Assembly (NCBI RefSeq): GCF_963506605.1
Contig: NC_083281.1
Location: 42,966,001-43,030,000, forward strand
DNA: 64,000 nucleotides
Direction of reading: 5' to 3'
Source: Zootoca vivipara
Lineage: Eukaryota
Made by a program: the position numbers and the translations under genes. Position 1 is the first letter of the stretch. Every line of letters begins with the position of its first letter. The notes beneath the pieces are model-generated. The model saw nothing but the letters and a program-made list of their open reading frames with translations. It was not told the origin of the DNA and did no database searches. Below, in pieces: positions 1 through 11,659 of this stretch.

Positions 1-1204
1 TGCTTCCATAATCTGATCAAAATAATTTGAGATAACGGAATAATTTTTAAAATAGAGATTTCTGTTATAAAACCAATCTCACCAACAAAGCCCAGCTTTG
101 TCCTATTTTTTCAAATATCAAGCAGGGGAGAATAAAGAAAAAAGAAAGGAAAAGATTGTAGAGGAAGCTTTTGTCAGTAGGGAAAGCAATTTAGAAGGTG
201 CCTCAGATTCTCTCCCATCCCCACTGGTACTTTCTGGGGAACTATCCTAGATGGTTCCCCCCCCTTTTCTTTGGAGGGTGGGTGAATTTCAAAGAAGGAC
301 CAGGCAGTTCCTCCTCCAGTTGAGCCTGAAATTAAAATGGAAACTGGCTTGGCTTGGCTGGAGTCTCTCCTGTACTGACCAAATTGCCCAATGATGCCTG
401 GCCTGTTGCAGCAGGAAGCCAAGAGTGCAGGAATGCGGGGGGGGGGGAGGGGGGAACCAGCATAAGCCAGACACAGACGCAGCTTTAGGCACAGTCCTGG
501 TGCTCAATGTTCTTTTAAGTGCATCTCCGGGAATGTGGTAGCTAATAACAAAGGCAAGAATAACCAAAAGCATGCACAGAGTGCATCCTTCACGTTGAGG
601 AAACATTGCCTGTTATTTGGGGGAGGGGTGGGGGAGAGCAAATCTAGAAAGTTAATTTTTCAATTTCAAACCTTGGGCTGTTTATGGGTTCTACATAACA
701 TCAATTTTTTAAAAATGGAAGAGTTGGGGGGGGGAGACTTTGTGAATATGTTACGGTGAACTGCAGCTTTGGCTGAAGACATAATGTTAGTAGGAACTGG
801 GAAAGGCTCCATGAAATGGGATTTTCCACAGAGCTTTAAAGATGTAGAAACTGATCTCCCCAAGAACAACAGGATATTAAGATGTTACTGGGGGACTTGA
901 CTGGAGGTACAAGTCATTGGCAAGACTCAGCCTAGAATTTAATAATGAATTATTGTCTCTAAGCATGGACAGAGTGCTCTTGCAACCACAGCAATTCCCC
1001 TCCTCCAATTTGGGATAAGAGAGATGATACCGTAGCTAGCCAGGTCTGCTTTGTGAAATTAAGAGTAGTTACCCCATCCATTGGTGAAAGTGAGCCATGC
1101 AGGTTCAGGAGCTACACCTGAGTAGGTTATTCATGCCGCTACAGTAAAGGATGCGAGGAAGATTCAGTGGAGGCCAGAGATGGAGCCAACAGGGCTGTCC
1201 CTAG

Positions 1205-1350
1205 AGGTGGCCTCTCCTTCACTGGAAGTTTTAAAGCAGAGGTTGGATGGCCATCTGCCAGAGATTCTTTAGCTGTGATTCCCGCATTGCAAGGGGTTGG
1301 ACTAGATGACTCTTAGAGTCTCTTCCAAATCTAGAATTCTTTGATTCTAG
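1205..1350 (+). mobile_element. CR1 3' end fragment
   Basis: TCTCCTTCACTGGAAGTTTTAAAGCAGAGGTTGGATGGCCATCTG...CTTCCAA...GATTCTA tail. Confidence 0.75.
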
Positions 1351-4300
1351 GAACAAGCACGGCTTCTTCTAAAGGAACAGTTGCCAGAGTAGAATCGGAC
1401 TGGAATCCCAAGGCTTGTTCACTCACTATTTCCACTGAGAAGCTCCTTCCACAAAGCTCCTTCTATCAGCCCATCCTTCCCAAATGGCACAGGGACAGGA
1501 TCCCCACTCAGGCATCACCCAAAAAGGATGAGATGCAACACCAAAAGAGGGGCAAAGAGGATGCAATTGCACAAAATTTGCATGCACTAATTCATGAAAG
1601 CTTGCAAGTATTTACTGTGCCTTAGATGGAAATACAGTACATCTCACCCTGGCAGGGAAGTTTGTGGGTCGGGCAACCTGTGCCCCTGTGCTTGGTCTGC
1701 TATCCAAGTGCATAGATGTGGATGGGCAACTTCCATCTCTCCTTTCTGAAAAGTTTGCTAACTTCAGAGCAGATTTGAATGGGACCGTTACAAAGGGGCT
1801 CATGCAATTAGCAGCTTCTGGGCAGCCACAGAATCCAGCTATGAGACCAACATTGAGAAAGGGTGCCAGGCTTACCGAGCGCAGGGTCCGTCCAATTTCA
1901 AGGCTGCTGCTCTGCCTCCATTGCAGTCCCTGTCAGAAGAAAGGAGCCTCTGAGGAGGAGGGGAGAAAGGGAGCCCCCCTGCTTGAGCGGGATCTTACAG
2001 AGCAGCAGCAGGCTAGCCTCTGGACCGAGCAGCTAATGGAAACTGCCGCTCACTTCCGTGCAGCTGGAAGCACACAAATGTCAGGACCGGCCTGGCTCCC
2101 TTTGGACAGTGAACCCGCCCCCTCCCCTGGAGCAGGAAGCCTGGGCTGGACACACGGACGGACACACACACACACCCAGGGACACACAGAGGGAGGAGAA
2201 GAGAAGGCCTCCTGTTTCTCTGCGTTCCGGGGAGGAGCAGCCCCCGGGGCAGCAGAGGGCCAGGCAGCAAGGAGGAGAGGCTTGCAAGGGCCAATGGACT
2301 GCAAAATCCTTTGCGAAAGGAGCTGTCCCTGTGCCCGCCCGCCTGCCGTGGTGGTCAAAGGGGCCCAGAGTCCACGGGAGGAAGTCAGGATCAAAAGAGG
2401 TCCACACAAAGGACCCTCTCTCTCCGCACCAGGGAGGCCTCCAAGGTTCGGCTTGGGTTGGCATCAAGACCCGCAGGGTGTGTTTGCACAGCCAGGGCAA
2501 GAGAAACACCCTCATGCTAACAGAGGCAGAAAACGGCTCCTTTGGGCCTCTCGGGTTTGGTCCTGGGCTTCATCAGCAGAGCTCTGTTTTAAAAAGGAGG
2601 GGTGCTGGATGGGGCCCCCAAGGCTGCCTCCTTCTGGATGGGAAACTAGTCAGTAAGCTTAACTATACCGGAGCAGCAATTTCTTAGTCTGAGAGGGTAA
2701 AGTCTCTCTCTGCACACGGCTCAGAGAAACTCTGCTCCTGTTTCTCCAAGCTAAGCGGTTCTCGGATTAAGCTCCCAAAACGGCACCCTGGCAGCATGCC
2801 TCCAATGGGAGGGGTGCTCATTAGATGTGGCATGTTAAGTTTAACTCAGCCCCACAGGAGAGAAAACAAGCACTGCGTCCAAGGCACTGTCCCAGGAGGC
2901 CACGCTGGTTGGCACACCCCGCAAGGGAGGTTTTTTTGGTGCACGTCAAAATAGCCTCTTGTGCCGTTGCCAAGACTTCTCCCCCAAAATGTCAAAACTG
3001 TGCACTGGCCACAAATGCAGCATCCAATTCCAGCAGGTTTTGCAAACCCTGTTATCAAAAAGACAAATGCCAGGTGCCCTGTCTTAGGGAGAAGTTCTGC
3101 ATTCAGACAACCAATCTTTCAATGCAGGAACCCTTCCAAGAATGTGGGTGGCTGCCCACCCCCACCTCCCCAAATATATTAGAAATACTGGTCAGCCTGA
3201 TAAGGAAAAGGATCCGGCCATCTGCTCCAGAAATATATAGTGACTGCTCCCCTCCGCCTTTGGTTCAAATTTGGCACACGTTTTCCTGGCACACCAAAGT
3301 GCTCTCATACCTCTGGGCACTCCAGCCTTTAAGGCCCCCAGCCTTTTAGTCACTAACCTCAATACCCCAGCAGTGGCAACGGGGCAGGGAAGGATCAGAC
3401 CTCCTTTAGCATCCTCTCTCTTTCTCTACTTCACAACACTGAGCTCAAAAGCAGCTGTCCTGCCTCCTTGGCTGCAGCAAGTTTGGTGGCTGGAGTTTTC
3501 CTGGGACTGAGAGCAATGAGTTTAGCCCAAGTGGGGCAGCGGACACAGGGGCAGCCAGATCCTGTTTTTCCCAGAAATATCCGGATGGATGGAGGATGAA
3601 GAGAAAAATCCAAAAAATGTGACACATCAGCAGAGATGAGTCAAGCCAGGCCAGCAATAGAAAACACAGACCCCCTTCGGTTGGGGTGTGTGTGTGTGCT
3701 TCTGGCAACAAGCAGGAGGAGGGATGCCAAGTATTCAGCCACAGGAAATGAGGGGTGCTGAGGCCCCTCTCTTGTTTGTGGTGGCGGCGGAGGGGGGGCA
3801 GTCACTGCCTCAAGTAGTGGAGCTGTCCCCCCAGCCAATTCAGTGGCTTCTCCCAATCTGTACTGATATGTCTGGCTGTATCTGTCCGACAAAGGATTGG
3901 TTGGCTAGTTGTGTGTGAGAGAGGGGGGGGAGGAGGGAAGTCAATGAAGTGGCTAGGCTTGAGTGAGAGTTGACACTTCACTACCACAAAGAGGGGTGAT
4001 GAGGTTGAAGCTGCCAGCCTTGAGGGGACCCTGCCATAGACACATTATGAGTCCAGACTAAGGCCACTAAAAGAATGTGAACTGACCCTAGACTGACCCT
4101 TGCAACCTCTTCCACAATCTTCCCCTCCTCCCCTCAATGCAGCAGCTCAGGTCCTATAAGCTCCCACCATCCAGCTCCCAGCCCCCCCCCATTCCCTGGT
4201 CTCCACACAGCTCAAACATCTGGTTAATGATTAAAGCAAAGTCAAGAGGCTTGAAGTGCAGGGAGAGAGCAGTGGAGGGGGTGACTCAGGGCGCCAACTT

Positions 4301-5369
4301 TTCTGCTGCAAAGTGTAACTGTGCTTTTGTAACAGCAGATTTCAGCAGGTGAAAGGACAAATGGCCTCAGTGCTGTTGGAGGCACAAGAGCAAGCAAGTC
4401 CTGCATCTTCGTAGTCGGCTGGAAGGCTGGAGAGCTGGAGGAGGAAGCAGTTGCAGGTGGAAAGAGAAACAGAGTCCCAAGACAAAGGGTGTGTGCTTGC
4501 AATAAGGCCACCGGCTGACGGTCATCCTGGGGTGCCCTTGGCTTATTCTTCGTCTCTGCAGTATCCTCAATTGGCTCCTTAGGTTGGGGCCGAGTCCCGA
4601 CTGCTTAGGGGAGTCTGCAGCACTCTATATATGCATTATTGCAACTGCTGAAGAGCACCCAACTGGGGCAGCTAAGTCCATTTGGCCCCAGCCAGAGCCA
4701 TGAACAAGAATGTCGCCCAGACTTTTCAGCAGCAATTCCTGGGCCTGCTGGGAATGTGGCAACAGGGCTGGGCATTGCCATCATGCTCCAGTCCTCATTG
4801 CTGAGCCATGTGCTGCCAAGATGGCAGGAGAAAGCTTTCATGGCCCAAACCCAGGAAGAAACACTGAGCTTTGAAGAAGCCTAGCGCCCTGTGGACTTTA
4901 TCTCATCTCTTTGACCCTAGCAAGCTTTAAAAGCAGAGCAAGATGGAAGAAGGGGGCGGATTTGGACCTGGAGCCCCTTCTCAAGGCCTTCATCGGAGGC
5001 AGCTTCAGGTTTACCTTGGGCAAAAATGTCCTCTGATGGGCTTAGCTGACTGCTGGGCAGTGAAATCTATGTACTTTTTAAATTTCACACAGTACCCCAA
5101 AGCAACACTAGGCCAGGGGCATTGTTGGGAAATTTAAAAGCTGGATAGACCCCATTGCCATGCTCAGAGTGCTCCCCCACCCCATCAAAATTATAGGAGG
5201 TCCAGGGCAGGCATCAGCTGTGGACCATGCCATGGTACTGCAATTCTGGAAGCTGCCCAAGGATGCTAGATGCTGACACAGAGTCTAGCATTCATTACTG
5301 GGACACATGGTCAGCAGCCCCACTGTGGAGTCAGCAGTGAGATGGGGTGTAAACAAAGGCTAGCGAAAT

Positions 5370-5915
5370 TCTAGGTTGCATCAGCACGATAGCATCAGAT
5401 TCTAGATCACAAGGAATGATGCTGTTCCATTCTGCTGTGACCAGGCAGCAGAATATGGAGAAGTGTAAACTTCTGGGCACTGGAGCTTAAAAAGGATATT
5501 GACACATTGGAATGTGTCCAGATGTTGGGGTTGGGGTGGGCAAGCAAGCAAACTAACACGGGGAGGGGCAAGAGGACCCCTTTCCTCCTAGGTCTTCAGG
5601 TTGAAGCAGCTGAGTATATTTAGCCTGAACAAGATACAATGATGACTACTTTCAAATATCTGAAGGGCTGTCACAGAGATGGGGCAAATTTGTAGGACAC
5701 CTGAAACAACAGATTCAAATCACATGAAATAGGATTTTGCCTTATTAGAAAGAACTTCTTGAAGGCATGAGTTATTTAGAAGGTAGTGGACTCTCCTTTC
5801 TTAGAGGTTTTAAAGCAGACCTTGGATGGGATGCTGAAGCAATGGGCATCTTTGCGCTGAGCAGGGGTTTCAAGTAGACGAACTTCAAAGTCTCTTCCAA
5901 CTCTCTGGTTCTGTG
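5370..5915 (+). mobile_element. Degenerate CR1 3' fragment
   Basis: Diverged copy of the same RT C-terminal/3'UTR sequence as 7076-7710. Confidence 0.7.
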
Positions 5916-7075
5916 AAATAGCTATGGCGTCATTGAACACATGCAGAGGGACATTGCTGAGTAACTACAGCCAACTGCTACACATCTGAAAACAATGGCT
6001 CCCTAATTTCAAGGGTTAGAAGGGTTGCAGAAGTTAAGTAGGACCGGCACGGGAAGGAGGAAGGTGGCTAGCTTGTTCTCCAGCTGAATTCTAGCAAGTC
6101 TGTGCCCAAGACGCAAATTTGAGCACGCTTGCACTGAGCTATAAGGCCCAGATAGATTCCTCTCCCTACATACAAGCAAACACACGAACACACGAACACA
6201 CGAACACAACAGAATCAGGGTGGCGGGAGATTTCTCCACTACCTTCCTTGTGAAACATGGTGGAGAACCTCAAGCTACCGTAAGTAGCTTCCAAGCCAGA
6301 TGCAGAAGCAATTCCTCTTTCTCCAGTGAGCAAAGAGCTGGGTCGCCTAGATCTCTGGGTGGGAAGACACAGGGGATGGGGTGGGGTGGGGTGGGGTGGG
6401 GTAAGGCTCCTTGCCATGGCATACTCACCGGGCACACGGAGAAGAGGGACGCGGGAGCACCAGGGGTGCCAGGAGGGAAAAATGCATGGAGCCCCCCTGC
6501 CACGGAAGGACCCCCCTGCTCCGTCCTCTTGCTCGGGAATGAAAGAGTCAGAGAGGCAAAGATGGGATCTGTTTTCCATTAACGCTGCTGAGCAACAGGA
6601 AGTGGTTGAGAGGGGGCTGGCGGGTCAGAGCTCCCCCCCTTCCACCCACACAGAGAGAGAGAGAGCAGGGTTGGCTGGATTATTTCGATGGCTAACCTGC
6701 TTCAGGTAGAACAAGCACAGGGAGGCAGGTGCCGTCCCTTAAACAAAAATGGCACTGGAGTACACGAAATGATAATAATGCGTATTGAAACTCCATGTGG
6801 ATGGGAGGGAAGGAGGATTAAATATTCCAGCTGGAATAGTTGGAATATTAATTTATTTAAATACATGCAGATTTGAGGAGCCTGTTGGCTTCACCTTAAG
6901 AAATAAAATAGGATGAGAGGCGGGAGAACAAGAGACACGATCCCTACCGGGACAGAACAGTCCTTCACGGGCACAAACTGCAGCTCCCTTTGGCTACAAG
7001 GATCCAGCTCTTGAAGGTGTAAATCCAGAGACCGCATGGCTTTCACACATCCCCAAATCTCAATGGCAATTCTGA

Positions 7076-7710
7076 GTGGCAATTCTGGGCTGCATCAATA
7101 GGAGTATAGCATCTAGATCAAGGGAGGTAATAGTACCACTGTATTCTGCTCTGGTCAGACCTCACCTGGAGTACTGTGTCCAGTTCTGGGCACCACAGTT
7201 CAAGAAGGATACTGACAAGCTGGAACGTGTCCAGAGGAGGGCAACCAAAATGGTCAAAGGCCTGGAAATGATGCCTTATGAGGAACAGCTTAGGGAGCTG
7301 GGTATGTTTAACTTGGAGAAGAGAAGGTTAAGGGATGATATGATAGCCATGTTCAAATATATAAAAGGATGTCATATAGAAGAGGGTGAAAGGTTGTTTT
7401 CTGCTGCTCCAGAGAAGCGGACATGGAGCAATGGATTCAAACTACAAGAAAGAAGATTCCACCTAAACATTAGTATAGTATATGTGCTGCCGAAGCAAGC
7501 ACCCACCTAAACATTAGGAAGAACTTCCTGACAGTAAGAGCTGTTTGGCAGTGGAATTTGCTACCAAGGAGTGTGGTGGAGTCTCCTTCTTTGGAGGTCT
7601 TTAAGCAGAGGCTTGACAGGCATATGTCAAGAATGCTTTGATGGTGTTTCCTGCTTGGCAGGGGGTTGGACTGGATGGCCCTTGTGGTCTCTTCCAACGC
7701 TATGATTCAT
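7076..7710 (+). mobile_element. CR1 LINE 3' fragment (end of RT ORF2 plus 3'UTR), interrupted by a U6 fragment
   Basis: ORF ...[47 protein letters not shown]...; CR1 tail CTTCCAAC...ATGATTC. Confidence 0.93.
7476..7502 (-). pseudogene. 3'-truncated U6 snRNA retrocopy (nt 1-27) with 15-bp TSD
   Basis: Reverse complement GTGCTTGCTTCGGCAGCACATATACTA; TSD CCACCTAAACATTAG at 7459-7473 and 7503-7517. Confidence 0.9.
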
Positions 7711-9404
7711 GCTCTGGTGTTCATGGGCAGGCCTGCAGAAAGTCCCTGTGTGTCCTGTGGAGTTTAAGGGTGGATCTGTGTCAGGGAATCACTCGAAATG
7801 GGGATTGGGACCCCTTTAGACCAGCTGACTCTCTGTTATCAGGGGTGGAGAACCTCAAACCTGGGTCTGAATGTGGCTGGGAGTCTTTTGCAGGACACAC
7901 CCCTTCTCCCCAAGGCCACAGCCCTCATCTGCCTGGCTCAGCACCCTCCTCAACTGCTTTTGCCTGGCTAGAACATGTCCACGAGGTGTGTGATCATGCC
8001 TCCTGCTTGCTTGGACAGAGAGGCGTGGATATGCAGGCATGCGCCCACTCTGACCTGTGTGGCTAGAATGCAGGAAGTAGCAGTCACCTCTGCTGCTCCA
8101 CCCACTCTTGCCTTTGGCCCCGCCCACCACTGGCAGGTGACTCCCAGAAGACCTGCTATGACTGAACATAGCATGTTGGGCTGAAAATTCTCTCCTTTCA
8201 TCCTTTCCGCTTCTCAGTCATTGGCAGGTCCTGCCCAAGTGTTGCAGAGACCCCCACCCATAAATTCAGCCCCCTCCCCAGCTGCTCTCCCAAAAAATTT
8301 AACCCAAATTACTAGATCTGGCCATTCCCTTCCCTTCTCACCGGTATCCTGCTCCTGCTGCTGCTGCTCTCTCTTTCTGAGGCTGTTTCCTCCACAAGAC
8401 TCTTATGCGTTCAATCACGTGCAACTTCTACTTGGGTTGAGAGAGAAGAATTTGTAGGCATTAGTCCAACCAGGGTTTAGAGGGTGTTCTTTAGTCCACT
8501 TCTATTACTTCAAAGGGCAGCTGTGCCAGCAGCACAGCCCATTTCTGTCCACCCAGTCCCACAGGGAAATGGGGCTGGAACTTAACCCTGCCTCCTTGCC
8601 TAGATGCTGCCTTGTCCCCCAAATCCAGGGGGCAGGAGAGTGGGGCTGGGCTTATTGAGCTGTGAGAGAAAAGCATGCACTCGGGAGGGGACGATGGACA
8701 CTGGCACTGGGAAGCAATGGCAAGTGGCTGTGTCCTCAAGGGCTACCCCCAACCTCTGGAGAGCTCTTCCCAGCCACCCCTTGTGGGCTGGCTCCATCTC
8801 AATCACCTCCACTCCTGTACAAAGGGATTTCCAATTATGCTCAAATAGGTCCCCAATTCCTGAGTTTGGCACAAAGTTGCACAAGCAGTTTGCCAACCCC
8901 AAAACAAGTTTGGTGCCAATCTGTTGGGTACACACCCCTCCATCTCTCATTGTTTTGGGGTGGGGTGCAGAGACCCTCAGGGAAGCTGCTCAAAGAAGAT
9001 GGGAACCCCCCCAATAGAAAAGCTCCTTTCTCCTTCCAGGTCTTGAACTTGGGAGTTGGGGGAGAAGCGCTGGCTACTCCAACCTGTCAGGGTCAGCAGA
9101 GACTTTCCCACCCTCAATCTTCTTTGCAGGAAGGGAAGGCTGCTGCTGCAGTTGCAAAGGGTGGAGCTTCCAGGAGGGAGTGAGGCCCAGTCAGGGCTGC
9201 ATCCAGAGCCCAACCCTCAGGCGCCCTCTTGTGCCAAAAAGAGGGCCAGGCATTAACTCAGCAGTGGAAGAGTCCAGCTGGCGGCCCTGGCCCTTGCTTG
9301 CCCTCATATCCCTTTCAGGGGCGCAAGTGAAGGTGCCACATGGGGAGCCCCAGTCCTTCCACTGACTTCTGCTCAGGCCCTTGTTGCAGCACCTAACAGC
9401 TGCG

Positions 9405-9830
9405 TAAGAACGCAAGAAGAGCCTTCTGGATCAGGCCAGTGGCCCATCTAGTCCAGCATCCTTCTTCTTCTCAGTGGCCAACCAGATGGCTGCAAGCAGG
9501 ACCCAAGCACAAGAGCCCTCTCCGCTCCTGTGCTTTCCAGCAGCTGGTATTCAGAAGTATGGCTGCCTCAGACGGTGGAGACAGGGCATAGCCGTCTTGG
9601 CTAGTAGCCATCAATAGCCTTCTCCTCTTTTAAAGTCACCCAGGTCAGTGGTCACCCCTTCCTCCTGTGGGAGAGAGTTCCACAGTTTAACTATGTGCTG
9701 CATAAAGATTCTTTTACCTGTCCTGAATCCTCCAGCTTTTGGCTTCGAATGTGTTATGGTAGAGGGACATAAACTTTCCCCTATCCACTTTCTCCGTGCC
9801 ACACATTTTATAATCTTTTATCGTACCACC
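9405..9830 (-). mobile_element. CR1-type LINE 3' fragment (second subfamily)
   Basis: TAAGAA...GGATCAGGCCAGTGGCCCATCTAGTCCAGC; residual 'IVKLWNSLPQE' in the minus-strand ORF; related copy at ~43950-44200 (+). Confidence 0.65.
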
Positions 9831-10416
9831 TCTTAACTAACTTCTTGCCACGCCAGCTGTGACCGGGGTGGTGGTGGCGGCTGGGCTTGCGCAATTGAAC
9901 TAGCCCTGGCAGCAGGCCTCCAAAAACTCACCAGTTGCGGGTCACACCTCAGCAGTGCCCCTTTGCACCAGCACCAGGGAGTGGGCGTGGGGAAGCTATA
10001 CCAGGTGGTGGAGTTGTGCCTGAGACCCTGAAGCAGGCGACACCAAGTGAGAGGAACAAATTAATAGTCAGACTGATTCTACATGGCAGCTGCGTGCGAA
10101 AAGAGGGGGCATCCAGCCTAGCGTAGGGGTGTCTGCAGCATTCTGTTGGTTTTAGACTGGGGTCCATTTCAAATCCACCCACCTCCCTGAGCCAGAGCAC
10201 TCCCTGAACTAGTCATCCTTTTGGGCTAGCCTACCTCACAGGGCTGGTGCAGGAGATGTCCCACCTTACGAGCTTGCTGCAATGTGGGCCAGCCGCAGTG
10301 TTACCGAGGCAGAGGTGGGTTAACGGTGCCTTGTTGGACTGGAAACTCTAGCTCACTTTCCCTTCACCCCTGCTGTGGAGGTCCTGGACTTTCTTTGCCA
10401 GGCCATTGTTCACCAT

Positions 10417-10775
10417 AAGGTAAAGGTAAAGGGACCCCTGACCATTAGGTCCAGTCGTGACAGACTCTGGAGTTGCGGTGCTCATCTCGTGTTATTGGCC
10501 AAGGGAGCCGGTGTACAGCTTCCAGGTCATGTGGCCAGCATGACAAAGCTGCTTCTGGCGAACCAGACTGGCACACGGAAACGCTGTTTACCTTCCCGCT
10601 GTGTAGCGGTACCTATTCATCTACTTGCACTTTGACGTGCTTTTGAACTGCTAGGTTGGCAGGAGCTAGGACCGAGCGACGGGAGCTCACCCCATCGCAG
10701 GGATTCGAACCGCCGACCTTCTGATCGGCAAGCCCAAGGGCTCTGTGGTTTAACCCACAGCGCCACCCGCATCCC
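10417..10775 (-). mobile_element. Sauria SINE, near full length
   Basis: tRNA-like head GGGATGCGGGTGGCGCTGTGGGTTAAACC...GGTTCGAATCCC and (ACCTTT)n tail. Confidence 0.88.
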
Positions 10776-11532
10776 GTAGGGCTTCCTAAATGTTTGTGTT
10801 TATATGGTTGGCATGGGAAATACAAAGCTGTTCCTGCAGCCCTCCTCCCACTCTGTAGAGTCAGAAGCAGGGGGTGGGGCAGGGGAGAGACCTCAGAGGG
10901 TCTCCCCCTCCCCCAGCTGAGTACCACCTTGTGCCCTCTTGGGTTTCCCTTCCTCAATGGTGGAGTGGTGCCTCAGAGGAATCTTGAGTGTGTTAGATAA
11001 GACAGACCAGTGGAATTCTCTCCCAGGTGGGGCTCAACACATTCCGAAGTAGAAGAGTTTTAACTACCACAAGCACCCATACCACCAGGGCAGAAAGGAC
11101 ATACTGTACCTGACTGCCAGTGATAACATAGATGTAGAACATTGGCGTTTGAAAAATGAGTTGCACAAACAACTCAAGGGATGCTCCTCAGGCAACGGGG
11201 AGAAGCCCTTCGCTCTGACTCCCTGCAAGGCTTGCTTATTTGAGACACATTATATTCTGTCTCCTTGGGCAACTCAGATTTTGCACCCAAACTGCAGGCC
11301 TTGCATAAGTTACACAAAGTAATCCCATGTGCTTAACCTCCCCATGTGCAATTCGTTCTAACCTGTGGTCTCATGTGCAGCCTTCCATCCCTCCGGCTTC
11401 CAAGATTTCTGCAGATATTGCCTACCTCATTCCAAGCACATCTTCAGACGCATGAGAACTAGCAGTTTCTGTAAAAATGTTTAAAAGCTAGCAAAATAAT
11501 TCCCTTGAAACAGAATTCTGTTTTCACGTGCT

Positions 11533-11585
<53 letters not shown>
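11533..11585. repeat. Compound (TC)n(AC)n microsatellite
   Basis: Read directly from the sequence. Confidence 0.95.
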
Positions 11586-11586
<1 letters not shown>

Positions 11587-11653
11587 CTTGGCTCCAGACA
11601 AAAGTCGCCAGCACCTTCCAACACAATACAGATTTAGTTCTACATTATGAAAT

Positions 11654-11659
11654 TTTATT
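11654..11659 (-). terminator. STK40: Probable STK40 polyadenylation signal AATAAA (3'UTR ~11635-14623)
   Basis: AATAAA on the minus strand ending an AU-rich stretch, followed downstream by GT-rich (GT)n sequence. Confidence 0.6.

Noticed and set aside
1664-2656. 330-aa plus-strand ORF
   Set aside because: Non-ATG start, low-complexity G/P/A/R-rich, spans a (CA)n tract, several overlapping frames open, no recognisable domain; typical of GC-rich promoter sequence
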